Shown here: piece by piece, positions 47,508-57,013 of the stretch
Position numbering within the stretch: the first letter of the stretch is position 1
How the letters are laid out: every line of letters begins with the position of its first letter
Assembly (NCBI GenBank): GCA_965223345.1
Contig: CBDCWG010000012.1
Span: 3,264,001-3,328,000, forward strand
Length of the DNA stretch: 64,000 nt
From: Nitrospinales bacterium
GTDB taxonomy: Bacteria > Nitrospinota > Nitrospinia > Nitrospinales > VA-1
Direction: 5' to 3'
Notes under the pieces: generated by a model
What the model saw: the letters and a program-made list of their open reading frames with translations, nothing else
Database searches by the model: none
What the model was told of the DNA's origin: nothing
Program-made: the position numbers and the translations under genes

Positions 47508-48161
47508 ATGACGATTCAATATACCAATGCCGAGTGGGACGGCAAAAAGGTCCTCATCGGAGAGACCGACCTGGATCCCGCGTCCCCCGTCCGCCTGCTG
47601 TTCGGATTCCACGGAGCCGATTCGACCCCGGAAAACATGCTCATCCACGGCAACAAGATGCTGCTGTCGAACACCGTCTATGTGTTTCCGGAAGGTCCGG
47701 TGGATGCGGGAAAGGGCCTGTGGAGCTGGTGGGAGGACGGCCCCAGACAGAAGGACGCGGTCGTGCGGTTCGCCGCCTACACGACCGGCATGATCGACGC
47801 CGCGCACACGAACCTGGCCGACAAACTTTCCGGCAGGACGGTGCACACCAGCCTGTGGGGTTTTTCCCAGGGCGGCGCGGCGGCGCTGACCTACACGCTC
47901 ATCGGAACCCACGCAATCCACAAGGCGGCGGCGGTGTGCGGATTCCTGCCGGAAATACCCGATGCGTTGCCCGAGCGCCCGGCTACGGATATCCTCGGGA
48001 TCTTCGGCACGCAGGACGACATCGTGCCTTCGTTCCTGGCCGAACACGCGCTGGATGAGATGGGCGCCAAGGGGCACAACGTGACGGCCAAGGAAACCAG
48101 CCAGGGGCACGAGATCAACGGCGAGAACCTGCGCGAGCTGACGCGGTTTTTCGGAACTTAG
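47508..48161 (+). CDS. Alpha/beta hydrolase (phospholipase/carboxylesterase family)
   Basis: FHG, GFSQGG, GTQDDIVP and GHEI catalytic triad motifs. Confidence 0.9.
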   Translation: MTIQYTNAEWDGKKVLIGETDLDPASPVRLLFGFHGADSTPENMLIHGNKMLLSNTVYVFPEGPVDAGKGLWSWWEDGPRQKDAVVRFAAYTTGMIDAAHTNLADKLSGRTVHTSLWGFSQGGAAALTYTLIGTHAIHKAAAVCGFLPEIPDALPERPATDILGIFGTQDDIVPSFLAEHALDEMGAKGHNVTAKETSQGHEINGENLRELTRFFGT

Positions 48162-48165
48162 GCTC

Positions 48166-48858
48166 TCACAGATTCGCGCAACATTGTTTCAGCTTCGGAT
48201 CGGCCTGAATGCGGCTGTGGAGTGTTTCCCACAACTCCAGGCCGTGGCGGCTGGCGAGCAGGTCTTCGCGGTTGTTCCGGATCAGGTTTTTGAAATCGTC
48301 AAAACGCTCTCCGGGAATGTAAAAACTCGCCGCCAGCGCTTCCAGGTGCTCTCCTTTACCGGAGGCGACGGCCACGACCAGGCTGTCAAAATTGAGCGCC
48401 GCATAGCGCCTGGAATCCACCCGCTTGCGGATCGATTCGGTATCGGTCGTCTTTTCCGGCAGCATTTCGATCTGGTAATCGTTCGGGGTGAATTTGATCA
48501 GGTTGCCGGAAAGCGCGTTCACTCCCATCGGGGTCAGCGTGGTTGCGGTCCCGGTGATGTCCAGCCACATTCCGGCATTGTTGTTGAATTCGTGGGCCAG
48601 GTTGAACTCCTGGGTTTCATAGCCTTCCTTCACAAACTTGAGATGGTATTCGCCCAGTTTGCGATTGAAATCACGCGTCAGCGGCGTTTCTCCCACGAAG
48701 CTGCCATCGACGAACACCCGCACTGCATCCACGTTGGCGTTGAAGGTGATCGTGTCCTTGCCTTCGGAAAAAATGGTGGCGCATCCCGATAACATCACAC
48801 CCAACAAAATAAGAATCCAGCCCGCGCTCCGCTTGCAAACATCTCTGTTTTGTTTCAT
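48166..48858 (-). CDS. Lipoprotein with a PEGA domain and a DUF3015-like C-terminus
   Basis: LSGC lipobox; VFVDG..VGETPL and KEGYE (PEGA); N.DSL...VASGKGEHLEALA; GGAGG RBS. Confidence 0.75.
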   Translation of the reverse strand: MKQNRDVCKRSAGWILILLGVMLSGCATIFSEGKDTITFNANVDAVRVFVDGSFVGETPLTRDFNRKLGEYHLKFVKEGYETQEFNLAHEFNNNAGMWLDITGTATTLTPMGVNALSGNLIKFTPNDYQIEMLPEKTTDTESIRKRVDSRRYAALNFDSLVVAVASGKGEHLEALAASFYIPGERFDDFKNLIRNNREDLLASRHGLELWETLHSRIQADPKLKQCCANL

Positions 48859-49208
48859 GTTTCCTCCCCCAATGTTTTATAGTGCCCACTTTTCCACACA
48901 TATATTTTAACTAATTTATATAAATTTAAACAAATTTATATCGAGCCAGGCAGATCGCCTGCAGGCGGTCCGAGACCTCTGTGGGAGGACCCACGATAAA
49001 GCTGAGAATGGGACGATCCCGATCCAATTCAATGACGAGAGAAAAGCAGCGTTCCCGCGATGGCTCTCCCCTCTTTTCTCCTCAAAGAAAAATACAAAAC
49101 CGGACGCTTCCTTTATTAAAGGTGTTCCGTAAGCGGGCGCATAATCCGGGCCGAATTTTCACAATTCACCGCTTCGAAAGGGACCAAAACAATCCACGGT
49201 CTTTAACA

Positions 49209-49236
49209 TTGACACCTCAGCGGGTTTTGCTATGAT
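49209..49236 (+). promoter_or_regulatory. Sigma70 promoter of the B12 cluster
   Basis: TTGACA-N16-TATGAT with an extended TG. Confidence 0.7.
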
Positions 49237-49242
49237 TGGGCC

Positions 49243-49396
49243 ACATTCGACCGTGACACGTTTCAAATGAGGGAAGACGGTGCAAATCCGTCGCGGACCC
49301 GCCGCTGTAACCGGGGACGAACTCTGTGAATGCCACTGTTCGGCAACGAACGGGAAGGCGCAGAGGGTAGATCGATCCGGAAGCCAGAATACCTCT
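49243..49396 (+). ncRNA. Cobalamin riboswitch 1
   Basis: AGGGAA-GACGGTGCAAATCCGTC, CCCGCCGCTGTAA, GCCACTG...GGGAAGGC and AAGCCAGAATACCT core elements. Confidence 0.93.
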
Positions 49397-49452
49397 TGAT
49401 CCGTCTTCACAAACTCTTCGAGGCTGAGGGGGGTGAAGGGCGCGCTGTTTCT

Positions 49453-49481
49453 GCCATTCCCTTTGGAATGGTTTTTTTTTT
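49453..49481 (+). terminator. Riboswitch-associated intrinsic terminator
   Basis: GCCATTCC-CTTT-GGAATGGT followed by a long T run before btuF. Confidence 0.8.
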
Positions 49482-49514
49482 GCCCTTCTTCCCACTGGAT
49501 GCGAGGTCATCCCG

Positions 49515-50516
49515 GTGGAAATTTCCAAATCGATTTGCAATCGCCTGTGCGTGCGCCTTTTGCGGACGGTTCTCCCGCTCCGTTTGCCTGCGTCTGCGCG
49601 TTCCTGTCTGTCCATCCCACACATCCGACCGCTCTGGGTATTCCTCTTCCTTGTTCTTTCTGTGTCGCCGGTGCGCGCGGACGTGCCGCAACGCATCCTC
49701 TCCATGTCTCCCGGAATCACCGAAATCCTGTTCGCCATCGGCGCGGGAGATCGTGTGGTCGGCGTCACCGATTTCTGCAAATACCCAAAGGAAGCCTGCA
49801 CCCGGCCTTCGGTGGGCGGGCTGTTGAATCCCAATGTGGAAACCTGGATCCAGCTGCGCCCGGATCTCATCGTGCACCAGATCAAAAGCACCAAAATAGA
49901 GACCAACGCCCGCAATCTCGGGATCAAAACCCTGGTCGTGCCGCAGGGCACGCTCGCGGACATCTTTCAAGGCATCCAGGCCATCGGCGATGCGCTGGAT
50001 CTCAGCGACAACGCGCGCCGGCTGACGCAACAACTCCAGGCGGACATCGACTTTCACCGCAACAAGCTTGCGGGTGTGCATAAAAAATCGGTGCTGTTTC
50101 TGCTCGGCGACAGCGACGATCCGAGCCGCGACCTCTATGCGGTGGGCGGCGGGACGTTTCTCGGCGAGATCCTCGAGCTTGCGGGCGGGGCCAACATCCT
50201 GCCCGATCCGCTGGCCAAGTACCCGCGCGTCTCCAAGGAATTCATCATCGAGAAATCGCCCGAGATCATCATCGTCGCCGGCCCCAAAGCCAATCTCAAC
50301 GAGCGCGAGCGGCAACGGGATCTTGAGCAATGGCGACAGTTCCCGACGCTGAAAGCGGTGCGGGACGAAAAGATCTTTTACATCGGCGCGGATTACATCC
50401 TGATCCCCGGACCGCGGCTGGTACAGATCCTGGCGCGTTTCGCACGCGCGATCCATCCGGATCTGTTTCCCGATGAAACGCCGATCGCCCCCCTGACGGC
50501 GGGAGGCATCCGATGA
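49515..50516 (+). CDS. btuF: Cobalamin ABC transporter periplasmic binding protein
   Basis: PQRILSMSPGITEILFAIG.GDRVVGVTDFC.YP, PNVE and PGPR; lies under the B12 riboswitch; exact start uncertain. Confidence 0.88.
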   Translation: MEISKSICNRLCVRLLRTVLPLRLPASARSCLSIPHIRPLWVFLFLVLSVSPVRADVPQRILSMSPGITEILFAIGAGDRVVGVTDFCKYPKEACTRPSVGGLLNPNVETWIQLRPDLIVHQIKSTKIETNARNLGIKTLVVPQGTLADIFQGIQAIGDALDLSDNARRLTQQLQADIDFHRNKLAGVHKKSVLFLLGDSDDPSRDLYAVGGGTFLGEILELAGGANILPDPLAKYPRVSKEFIIEKSPEIIIVAGPKANLNERERQRDLEQWRQFPTLKAVRDEKIFYIGADYILIPGPRLVQILARFARAIHPDLFPDETPIAPLTAGGIR

Positions 50517-51292
50517 GCGCGCCTCTTCTGGAGATGCAGGAGGCGGTGTTCGCCTACCGCAGCGAGCCGGTTCTTGACCGTGTGTCGCTCACAATCCGGC
50601 AGGGGGATTTCATCGCCGTGGTGGGTCCGAACGGTTCCGGCAAATCCACGCTGCTCAAACTTCTCAGCGGCATTCTGAAAACCCGCTCGGGAACGGTGCG
50701 CTACCGGGGCGCGGACATGAAGGACATCAAGCGCAAAGAACTCGCCCGCTCGCTGGCGTGGATTCCGCAGGAACACCCGATGACCTTCGACTTCAAGGTT
50801 TCGGAAATCGTGATGATGGGGCGGCACCCCTATCTTTCCGCATGGAGTTTCGAAGGCGAGGACGACCTGCGCATCATCCACGAAGCCATGCGCCTGACGG
50901 ACACGGAAGTTTTCGCCGAACGCGGGTTCAACGAAATCAGCGGCGGCGAAAAACAGCGGGTCATGCTGGCGAGCGCCATCGCGCAGGAACCGGAGGTCAT
51001 GCTGCTGGACGAGCCGACCTCGGCGCTCGATATCAAGTACCAGGTGCAGATCCTCGACATCCTCGAACGATTGAACCGCGAGCGCTCGATGACGGTGGTC
51101 CTCGCGATGCACGACCTGCAGCTTGCGGCGCGCTATTGCAAAAAACTGGTGCTCCTGCACGCGGGTGCAGTGATGAAGGAAGGCACGCCGGAAGACGTGC
51201 TGCAAAAAGAAATTCTCGAAAACGCCTATGAGGTCAACGTGAAGCTGCTGCGCGATCCGGACGACGGTCGTTTCCTGGTGTTCCCGCAATGA
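50513..51292 (+). CDS. btuD: Cobalamin/Fe-siderophore ABC transporter ATP-binding protein
   Basis: GPNGSGKST, ISGGEKQRV, LLDEPT and HDL. Confidence 0.9.
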   Translation: MSAPLLEMQEAVFAYRSEPVLDRVSLTIRQGDFIAVVGPNGSGKSTLLKLLSGILKTRSGTVRYRGADMKDIKRKELARSLAWIPQEHPMTFDFKVSEIVMMGRHPYLSAWSFEGEDDLRIIHEAMRLTDTEVFAERGFNEISGGEKQRVMLASAIAQEPEVMLLDEPTSALDIKYQVQILDILERLNRERSMTVVLAMHDLQLAARYCKKLVLLHAGAVMKEGTPEDVLQKEILENAYEVNVKLLRDPDDGRFLVFPQ

Positions 51293-52317
51293 GCCGGCAA
51301 CCGATGCAAAGCATCCCGCTGCACCCCCGGCGCTATGCCGGCCTGATCGGCCTGTTCTTTCTTTTATTCCTGGCGACGCTGGTGGTGACGCCGCTCATCG
51401 GCTCCACGTCCATCAATCTCGGCAAGGCGTTTTCGCGCACGCTTCCATTCGAGGACAACGTGGACGCCAACATCCTTTTTCTGGCGCGGCTGCCGCGCAT
51501 CTTTCTGGGCGCGGTGACGGGGGCGGCGCTCTCGGTGGCCGGGGCGGTGTTTCAGGCCCTGTTGCGCAACGATCTGGCGGCCCCGTTCACACTGGGTGTT
51601 TCCAGCGGCGCGGCTCTGGGCGCGGTGATCGCCATCGTGCTGGGATTCGAAGGCTATTTCTTCGGCTTTTCGCTGCTGCCGGTGACGGCGTTCCTGGGTG
51701 CGCTCGGCGCGGTGTTTCTGGTGTTCGGGCTGGCCAAGAGCCGCGGCAAGGAATTTTCCACCTCCACGCTGCTGCTGGCAGGAATCACGGCGAATTTTTT
51801 CTTCGCCGCTCTGGTGATGTTCATCCACTATCTGGCGGATTTCACGCAGTCGTTCCTCATCATCCGCTGGCTGATGGGCGGGCTCGACATAACCAGCTAC
51901 CGGACGGTATTCTCGATCCTGGTGCCGGTGCTCTTGGGAATCGGCGTGCTGCTCACCCTCGCCCGCAGCATGAACCTGATCAGCGCCGGCGACGAATCCG
52001 CCGCGAGCCGCGGCGTCGAGGTGGCGCGCACGCAGATCGTCTGCTTCGTCACCGCCTCGCTGATCACGGGATCGGTGGTGTCGATCAGCGGTCCCATCGG
52101 TTTTGTGGGGTTGATCGTGCCGCACATCGTCCGGCTCATGGTGGGGCCGGATCTTCGCATCCTGATCCCGGCCTCGATGTTTTTCGGCGCGAGCTTTCTC
52201 ATCGCGTGCGACACGGTGGCCCGCACGCTGCTCGCGCCCACGGAAATTCCGGTGGGCATCATCACGGCTCTGATCGGTGGCCCGTTTTTCGTGTGGCTGC
52301 TCAAACGGCAACGGTGA
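51289..52317 (+). CDS. btuC: FecCD/BtuC family ABC permease
   Basis: RLPR, FQALLRN.LA.PFTLGVSSGA, GPIGFVGLIVPH and EIPVG. Confidence 0.92.
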   Translation: MSRQPMQSIPLHPRRYAGLIGLFFLLFLATLVVTPLIGSTSINLGKAFSRTLPFEDNVDANILFLARLPRIFLGAVTGAALSVAGAVFQALLRNDLAAPFTLGVSSGAALGAVIAIVLGFEGYFFGFSLLPVTAFLGALGAVFLVFGLAKSRGKEFSTSTLLLAGITANFFFAALVMFIHYLADFTQSFLIIRWLMGGLDITSYRTVFSILVPVLLGIGVLLTLARSMNLISAGDESAASRGVEVARTQIVCFVTASLITGSVVSISGPIGFVGLIVPHIVRLMVGPDLRILIPASMFFGASFLIACDTVARTLLAPTEIPVGIITALIGGPFFVWLLKRQR

Positions 52318-52327
52318 GAACGCGACC

Positions 52328-53836
52328 ATGACGGCACAAACACTCATGATTCAGGGAACCGGCTCGGGGGTGGGGAAAAGCATCCTCACCGCGGGGCTGT
52401 GCCGTCACTTCTACAGGCAGGGGCTCAAAGTCGCGCCGTTCAAGGCGCAGAACATGTCGCTCAATTCCTTCATCACCGAAGAAGGCGGCGAGCTGGGGCG
52501 CGCGCAGGCGTATCAGGCCGAGGCCTGCGGCCTGAAACCACAAGTGGCGATGAACCCCATTTTGCTCAAACCCACGGCGGACAACCATTCGCAGGTGATC
52601 GTCATGGGCCGGGTGACGGAAAACCGCGATGCGAAAGACTACTTCGCCCGGCACCAGAAACACAAAGAAGTGGTGGAGCGCGCGTTCGACAGCCTGCGCC
52701 AGCAGTACGAGCTGATCGTGCTGGAAGGAGCCGGAAGCCCGGCGGAGATCAATCTCAAACAATGGGATCTGGTCAACATGCCGATGGCGGAATATGCGGA
52801 AGCACCGGTGTTGATCGTCGGCGACATCGACCGCGGTGGCGTGTTCGCGTGGATGAAAGGCACACTCGACCTGTTGACCGCAAAAGAGCGGAACCGCGTC
52901 GCCGGGTTTCTCGTCAACAAATTCCGCGGCGATCCGGATCTTCTGAAACCGGGGCTCGTGCAGTTCGAAGGATTGACGGGAAAACCCGTGCTGGGCGTGC
53001 TGCCGTACCTGCGCGATCTTCTGATCGACGAGGAGGACGCCATTCCCGCCTGGAACCACGACGGCATCGCCAACGGCAAGGCCCTTCTGGATGTGGCGGT
53101 GATCTGGTATCCGCGCATTGCCAATTTCACCGATCTCGCGCCGCTCGCCGCCGACCCGTGCGTGTCGCTGCGTTTCGTGGCGCAGGCGAACCGGCTCGGC
53201 AACCCGGACTGCATCGTGCTGCCGGGCAGCAAGAACACGCTGGAAGATCTGGCGTACCTGCAAACCCAGGGGCTCGACCGCGCCATCGTGCGTGCGGCTG
53301 ATACGGGCGCGATGGTGCTGGGCATCTGCGGCGGCTTTCAGATGATGGGAAAACGCGTGCGCGACCCACATGCGGTGGAAAGCCAGCGCGGCGCGATGCC
53401 GGGTCTGGGGCTTCTGGATGCCGACACGGTGCTGCAACGGAAGAAAACCACACGCCAGGTGCGGCGCGCGGCAGCGGCCGGTCCGGTGCTGCCGGCAGGC
53501 GTGCAGCTTGAGGGATACGAGATCCACATGGGAGAGACGCGCTTTGCCACGCCGTACCCTCCCCTGTTCACGGCGCTGCACGGCGAAGACCCGCGCCCGC
53601 TCGGGGTCACGGACGATGCGGGGGCGCTCATCGGCACGTATGCCCACGGTTTTCTCGACAACGACGGCCTGCGCAACGGGTTTCTCGCGCATGTGCGTCG
53701 GCGGCGCGGCCTGCCGCAACCGGAAACGGAATTCGACTACCGCCGGTTTCGCGAAAAGCAGCTCGACCGGCTGGCAGATCTGGTCGAGGAATCCATCGAT
53801 CTGGAGCGCCTGCATGCGATCGTGTCCGGAACATGA
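52328..53836 (+). CDS. cobQ: Cobyric acid synthase (CobQ/CbiP)
   Basis: MIQGTGSGVGKS, PFKAQNMS.NS, EGAGSPAEINL, GICGGFQM and GYEIHMG. Confidence 0.96.
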   Translation: MTAQTLMIQGTGSGVGKSILTAGLCRHFYRQGLKVAPFKAQNMSLNSFITEEGGELGRAQAYQAEACGLKPQVAMNPILLKPTADNHSQVIVMGRVTENRDAKDYFARHQKHKEVVERAFDSLRQQYELIVLEGAGSPAEINLKQWDLVNMPMAEYAEAPVLIVGDIDRGGVFAWMKGTLDLLTAKERNRVAGFLVNKFRGDPDLLKPGLVQFEGLTGKPVLGVLPYLRDLLIDEEDAIPAWNHDGIANGKALLDVAVIWYPRIANFTDLAPLAADPCVSLRFVAQANRLGNPDCIVLPGSKNTLEDLAYLQTQGLDRAIVRAADTGAMVLGICGGFQMMGKRVRDPHAVESQRGAMPGLGLLDADTVLQRKKTTRQVRRAAAAGPVLPAGVQLEGYEIHMGETRFATPYPPLFTALHGEDPRPLGVTDDAGALIGTYAHGFLDNDGLRNGFLAHVRRRRGLPQPETEFDYRRFREKQLDRLADLVEESIDLERLHAIVSGT

Positions 53837-54570
53837 AGGATTTTTTTGCGGCGCTGGGTTTTCTCACGGTGCTGCCTGTGCCCAGGGACAGCTTCAACGC
53901 AGGCGGCCGGCCGGCGCTGTATTTCCCGCTGGTGGGGCTTCTTATCGGCGGCCTGCTTGCGGGTGTGGATGCGCTCGGCGCGCGCTGGGCGCCGCCGGAG
54001 GTGCGGGCGGCCTGCGACGTGCTGTTTCTCGCTGCCGTCTCGGGGGCGCTGCATCTGGACGGCCTGGCCGACAGCGCGGACGGCCTGTTTTCCCACCGCT
54101 CAAGGGAAGAAGTTTTACGTATCATGAAAGATCCGCGCGCCGGCGTCATGGGTGTATTGGGCGTACTGTTCTGCCTGATCCTGAAATGGGCGGCGCTGCT
54201 GCGGCTGCCGCAGCTGTCGATCTGGCTGGTAGCGGCCCCCGCTCTCGCGCGTTCGGCTCAGGCGGTGGCTCTGGTGTGTGTGAATTACGCGGGCGGTGCG
54301 GATTCGCTTTCGCAAGCGTGGTTTCAAAAGAAACGTTACGGACTGCTTGCGGGCGTCCCGGTTGCACTGGCGCTGCCGTTTTACATCGATTGGACGGCGG
54401 GGCTGGCGGCGGCGCTGGTGTTTCTTATCACCACGGCGGCGCTGCTGCTTTACTTTCGCCGGCGGCTCGGCGGCGTCACGGGAGACACGGTGGGGGCATT
54501 GTCGGAATGCGTGGAGACGGCCATTCTGCTTCTCGGAGCCATCATCGTGTACAACTCAGCGGGACCCTAA
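53833..54570 (+). CDS. cobS: Adenosylcobinamide-GDP ribazoletransferase (cobalamin synthase)
   Basis: FLTVLP, GALHLDGLADSADG, IMKDPR.G and GGVTGD..GA. Confidence 0.95.
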   Translation: MKDFFAALGFLTVLPVPRDSFNAGGRPALYFPLVGLLIGGLLAGVDALGARWAPPEVRAACDVLFLAAVSGALHLDGLADSADGLFSHRSREEVLRIMKDPRAGVMGVLGVLFCLILKWAALLRLPQLSIWLVAAPALARSAQAVALVCVNYAGGADSLSQAWFQKKRYGLLAGVPVALALPFYIDWTAGLAAALVFLITTAALLLYFRRRLGGVTGDTVGALSECVETAILLLGAIIVYNSAGP

Positions 54571-54599
54571 AAACCATCCTCTAACTTCAGGGTGAAACC

Positions 54600-55853
54600 A
54601 TGAACCCGAAAAATATTCTCATCACAGGCGGCACGCGCAGCGGCAAGAGCCGCAACGCCCTGACGATCGCAGACGCCCTGCCCGGCAAGAGAGTGTTCCT
54701 CGCCACCGCCGAGGCGCTGGATGCAGAGATGAGCGAGCGCATCGCCAAACACAAGGCGGAACGCGGGCCGGACTGGATCACGATCGAGGAACCACTGGAC
54801 CCGGTGGGCAGGATGCAAGCATCCGACGCCGATGTGATGATCTTCGACTGCCTGACGCTTTGGATCAGCAACCTGATGATGCGGGACCGCCCGCCGGAGG
54901 CCATCCTGCAGGCGGTGCGCGATCTGATCGCGGAATGCGAGCGCAAGCGGCGCACCTGCATCGTCATCACCAATGAAGTGGGCGCGGGGATCGTTCCGGA
55001 CAACGCGCTCAGCCGCCGGTTCCGCGACGTCGCCGGAGAAGCCAATCAGCGCATCGCCGCCGCGTTCGATGAGGTGGTGCACATGGTGTCCGGCATTCCG
55101 GTCGTGATCAAAAAAGACGGAGAGATCCCTTCCGCTGAAACCGCAGACCCGGAGCACCCGCACGCGTTTTCGCCGCAGCTCAAAAAGGGATGCTACGAAG
55201 CGATCTACAAGCGACGGGACATGCGGCATTTTCTGCCGCAGCCGGTGAACGCGGACGTGCTGGGGCGCATCCTCGATGCGGCGCATCACGCGGGCTCGGT
55301 GGGCTACATGCAACCCTGGAATTTTCTCGTCATCGACTCGGAAACGACGCGCCGAAAGATCGCGGCCAATTTCGCAGATGCCAGCGCCGAAGCGGCGCAG
55401 AAATTTCGCGGCGACCGCAAAGCGCTGTACGAAAGCCTCAAGCTCGAAGGCATTCTGGAAGCCCCTATCAACATCTGCGTCACCTGCGACCGCACCCGCC
55501 TGGGGCCGAACATTCTCGGGCGCGACAGCGTCCGCGAGACCGACCTGTTCAGCACCTGCTGCGCGGTGCAGAACCTGTGGCTGGCGGCGCGGGCCGAGGG
55601 GCTTGCGGTGGGATGGGTGAGCATCCTGTCGATGGACCGGCTGCGACGCGATCTGGAAATTCCCGAGCATGTGTTTCCGGTGGCCTATCTCTGTCTGGGA
55701 CACACCGACGCGTTTTACGAAAAGCCGATGCTGGAGAGCAAGGGCTGGGAAAAACGCGTGCCGCTCGAACGGTTGATCTTCTACAACAAATGGGAGGGCA
55801 AACCCGGAAGCTACCGGGTGACTCTGCCGCAGCCTTCGGGAGGCCGGGCATGA
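54600..55853 (+). CDS. cobU-bluB: Fusion of adenosylcobinamide kinase/guanylyltransferase (CobU) and 5,6-dimethylbenzimidazole synthase (BluB)
   Basis: N-terminal GGTRSGKS, DCLTLW.SN and NEVG.GIVP; C-terminal RRDMRHF, SVGYMQPWNF, LKLEGI and QNLWLAARAEG..VGWVS in one uninterrupted frame. Confidence 0.92.
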   Translation: MNPKNILITGGTRSGKSRNALTIADALPGKRVFLATAEALDAEMSERIAKHKAERGPDWITIEEPLDPVGRMQASDADVMIFDCLTLWISNLMMRDRPPEAILQAVRDLIAECERKRRTCIVITNEVGAGIVPDNALSRRFRDVAGEANQRIAAAFDEVVHMVSGIPVVIKKDGEIPSAETADPEHPHAFSPQLKKGCYEAIYKRRDMRHFLPQPVNADVLGRILDAAHHAGSVGYMQPWNFLVIDSETTRRKIAANFADASAEAAQKFRGDRKALYESLKLEGILEAPINICVTCDRTRLGPNILGRDSVRETDLFSTCCAVQNLWLAARAEGLAVGWVSILSMDRLRRDLEIPEHVFPVAYLCLGHTDAFYEKPMLESKGWEKRVPLERLIFYNKWEGKPGSYRVTLPQPSGGRA

Positions 55854-57013
55854 CTCTGTCTTCGACGCCAACCGAAAACCGCATTCCCGCCGAACGCGCC
55901 GACGCGCTGTGGCGCAGCCCGCATGGCGGCAACCGGGCCGCCTGGGAGGAAGAACCCGGCCCGGGCGGCGGCGATCTGCTGGATTTCAGCGTCAACGTCA
56001 ATCCGTTCGGCCCGCCTGCGTGTGTGGAACCGATCGTCGCGTCGATGCGTCCTCTCATTGCGGACTATCCGAACCCGGACTGCGCCGCCTTTAAAAAGGA
56101 ACTTTCGGACACACTCGGCGTCGATGCCGCGTCGATCCTGCCGGTGAATGGATCGACGGAATGGATCTACCTGCTTCCGCGCTTGCTGTCGCCGGGCCAG
56201 GAGGTGCTTCTCGTCACGCCCTGCTTCTCGGAGTACGCGTGGGCGTTCAGCGCGTCCGGCATGCGCGTGCGTGCGTTCACTCTGGATCCCGATAACGGTT
56301 TTCATCTCGATACAAAGGCGCTGCTTTCCCGTCTCACACAGACCCCGCGCCCGGGAGCGCTGGTGCTCGGGCACCCTGCGAGCCCGCACGGCACGCTGTG
56401 CGATCCGGACACGCTGCACGCGATCTGGCAACACTGCGAGCAGGCGAGGATCTATTTAATCGTGGATGAAACGTTCATCGACTTTGCAGAGCCCTGCGAC
56501 TCGCTGCTGAAAAAGATGCACCCCTCGCACTATCTGGTGCTGGTGCGGTCGATGACCAAGTTTTATTCGATTCCCGGCTTGCGCCTCGGATACGGCGTCG
56601 CACCTGCGGAATGCGTGTCGCGGTTGAAGGCCTTCCAGCCACCCTGGTCGGTCAACGCGCTGGCCCAGGCGGCCGGCTCGGCGCTGCTTCAGGACACCGT
56701 ATTTCAAACCGAGAGCCGCAACCGCATTCGCGTGGAGAAAGATTTTTTACAGAAGCGGTTGCAGGAGATGTCCTGTATCTCGGTTTTCGATTCGGACGCC
56801 AACTTTCTGCTGTTCCGGCTGACCGGCAAATGGCAGCCGCACGGACAGCGCTTTTTCTTTGCGCTGTTGAATCACAGCATCCTGGTGCGAAACTGCGGCA
56901 ACTTCAACGGGCTGGACGATAGTTTCTTTCGCGTCGCGGTGCGGACGCGCACGGACAACGAACGGTTACTCGCGGCCCTGCCCTCGGTTCTGGGCAGCCT
57001 GCATGAGGATTGA
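55850..57013 (+). CDS. cobD: L-threonine-O-3-phosphate decarboxylase (PLP-dependent)
   Basis: HGGN, DFSVNVNPFG, NGSTE, VDETFIDF and RSMTKFYSIPGLRLGY; start at ATG 55850 overlapping the upstream stop. Confidence 0.92.
   Translation: MTLSSTPTENRIPAERADALWRSPHGGNRAAWEEEPGPGGGDLLDFSVNVNPFGPPACVEPIVASMRPLIADYPNPDCAAFKKELSDTLGVDAASILPVNGSTEWIYLLPRLLSPGQEVLLVTPCFSEYAWAFSASGMRVRAFTLDPDNGFHLDTKALLSRLTQTPRPGALVLGHPASPHGTLCDPDTLHAIWQHCEQARIYLIVDETFIDFAEPCDSLLKKMHPSHYLVLVRSMTKFYSIPGLRLGYGVAPAECVSRLKAFQPPWSVNALAQAAGSALLQDTVFQTESRNRIRVEKDFLQKRLQEMSCISVFDSDANFLLFRLTGKWQPHGQRFFFALLNHSILVRNCGNFNGLDDSFFRVAVRTRTDNERLLAALPSVLGSLHED

Noticed and set aside
55190..55849. N-terminal extension of cobD in the ORF track (likewise for mlaC, wzx, the phosphodiesterase, GT2 and GT4)
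   Set aside because: These extensions overlap upstream genes or promoter regions; internal ATGs with RBS or stop/start coupling give family-typical lengths.
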